DNA of 63,960 nt, the filler included, from Lama guanicoe (Eukaryota): the NCBI GenBank assembly GCA_013239625.1. It is 80 parts of 79 records of this genome, joined end to end, with 100 filler letters (N's around TTAATTAATTAA, not from the genome) between each part and the next. Parts side by side here need not be neighbours in the genome. Positions count along the whole stretch, not along the records: positions 62,852 to 63,368 come from MU054508.1; positions 63,469 to 63,960 come from PNXV01007989.1; 78 more parts are not named here. One strand, 5' to 3'. How positions within the stretch are numbered: the first letter of the stretch is position 1; the number at the start of each line of letters is the position of its first letter. The position numbers and the translations under genes were made by a program. Shown here in pieces: positions 62,852-63,960 of the stretch. Under the pieces are notes generated by a model that was not told the origin of the DNA, ran no database searches, and was given only the letters and a program-made list of their open reading frames with translations.

Positions 62852-63368
62852 TCTCTCACAACTGAGCATGTGGAGAGACGTTCGTTCATCCAGCACAAAT
62901 CTAACATGTTGCAGGAGAAACCCTTACTTTGGTTTTTCAGTCTGTTTCTTACTGCCGTTTTGAATTTCCTGATATTTTCACTGTAAAACTGAGTTGGAAC
63001 TTGTACATGCCCTTATATATGTATGTAGTGTAGTTTGCAACTGATAAGAAACTTTGTGTTCCCTTCAAGCTTGGTGAAGGATGGCTTTCACACACACTTA
63101 TCTCTCAGAACTGAACATGAGGAGAGACNNNNNNNNNNNNNNNNNNNNNNNNNNNNNNNNNNNNNNNNNNNNNNNNNNNNNNNNNNNNNNNNNNNNNNNN
63201 NNNNNNNNNNNNNNNNNNNNNNNNNNNNNNNNNNNNNNNNNNNNNNNNNNNNNNNNNNNNNNNNNNNNNNNNNNNNNNNNNNNNNNNNNNNAAGAAACGT
63301 TGTGTTCCTTTCAAGCTTTGTGAAGGATGGCTTTCACACACACTTATCTCTCAGAACTGAACATGAGG
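62852..63368 (+). repeat. ~248-bp satellite family B
   Basis: 'actgagcatgtggagagacgttcgttcatccagcac...ggctttcacacacacttatctctcaga'. Confidence 0.95.
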
Positions 63369-63960
63369 NNNNNNNNNNNNNNNNNNNNNNNNNNNNNNNN
63401 NNNNNNNNNNNNTTAATTAATTAANNNNNNNNNNNNNNNNNNNNNNNNNNNNNNNNNNNNNNNNNNNNAAGAGAAGGATGGAAAAGAGCAAAACCAAGCT
63501 AATACGCTCCAGCCTTTAATTTGGTTACGATGTCACAGAGGAGACGGACAGCTCAATAAGGAACCACTCTGCCGTGATCACGGAGCCTGGGAGCGCGATG
63601 GGCGGCAAGATGTATGATGCAGCAGTAGCTGTGCCTGCGCATCTAGGCAGGTACCAAGACTCACCTCGACAATCAAACGTTTATGCCCATGTCCTCATCA
63701 CCTGACATGTATTAAAGAGAAATGAAAACATATGAAAGGCCAATACCCTTGGTGGGTACACCATCCAAAGAGCAAAGTCACGGTTTGACAACTGGCCATC
63801 ATGGTTCCCTGGGATTCATTCTTGGAAAACCTTAAAAGCCACTCCTCTGTCCTCAAGAAGTGATGCCTACTTGTCCTATATTTGGCTCAGGGATACAGCA
63901 CATTCACGTAGACTTTAGTGTCTGCACAGATTTGACTGTCTTTCTCCAGGTTCACTTGTC

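Noticed and set aside
1183..63424. Regularly recurring palindromic TTAATTAATTAA separating unique 'spacers' (CRISPR-like or cassette-array-like appearance)
   Set aside because: It always sits inside fixed-length N runs, so it is an assembly linker. There are no cas or integrase genes, and the content is mammalian.

Overview
This window is not contiguous genome. It is a concatenation of 80 short (about 0.2-1.5 kb) mammalian assembly fragments joined by 79 artificial 100-bp spacers (N44-TTAATTAATTAA-N44, stop codons in all six frames), so adjacency across spacers has no biological meaning. Vic-1-type tRNA(Ala)-derived SINEs point to a camelid source (alpaca/llama/camel group). Twenty of the 80 fragments are satellite DNA: a GC-rich ~267-bp family (6 fragments, plus a diverged ~268-bp sibling), a ~247-249-bp family (5 fragments, plus a possibly related AT-rich ~248-bp family), and an AGAAT-based heptamer satellite with higher-order structure (7 fragments). 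Most of the rest is LINE-1, L2, MIR, MER and MLT debris or anonymous unique sequence. There is no intact protein-coding gene, RNA gene or CRISPR array, and nearly all listed ORFs come from N-runs, satellites or decayed L1. The best leads are a decayed L1 segment found in three fragments with shared diagnostic indels (two share a nested L1 junction), an unrecognised ~570-bp repeat in two fragments, old/young layers of the satellite families, and one well-bounded 111-bp candidate exon. I see no convincing novel protein-based system. All alignments, identities and repeat-family calls were made by eye.
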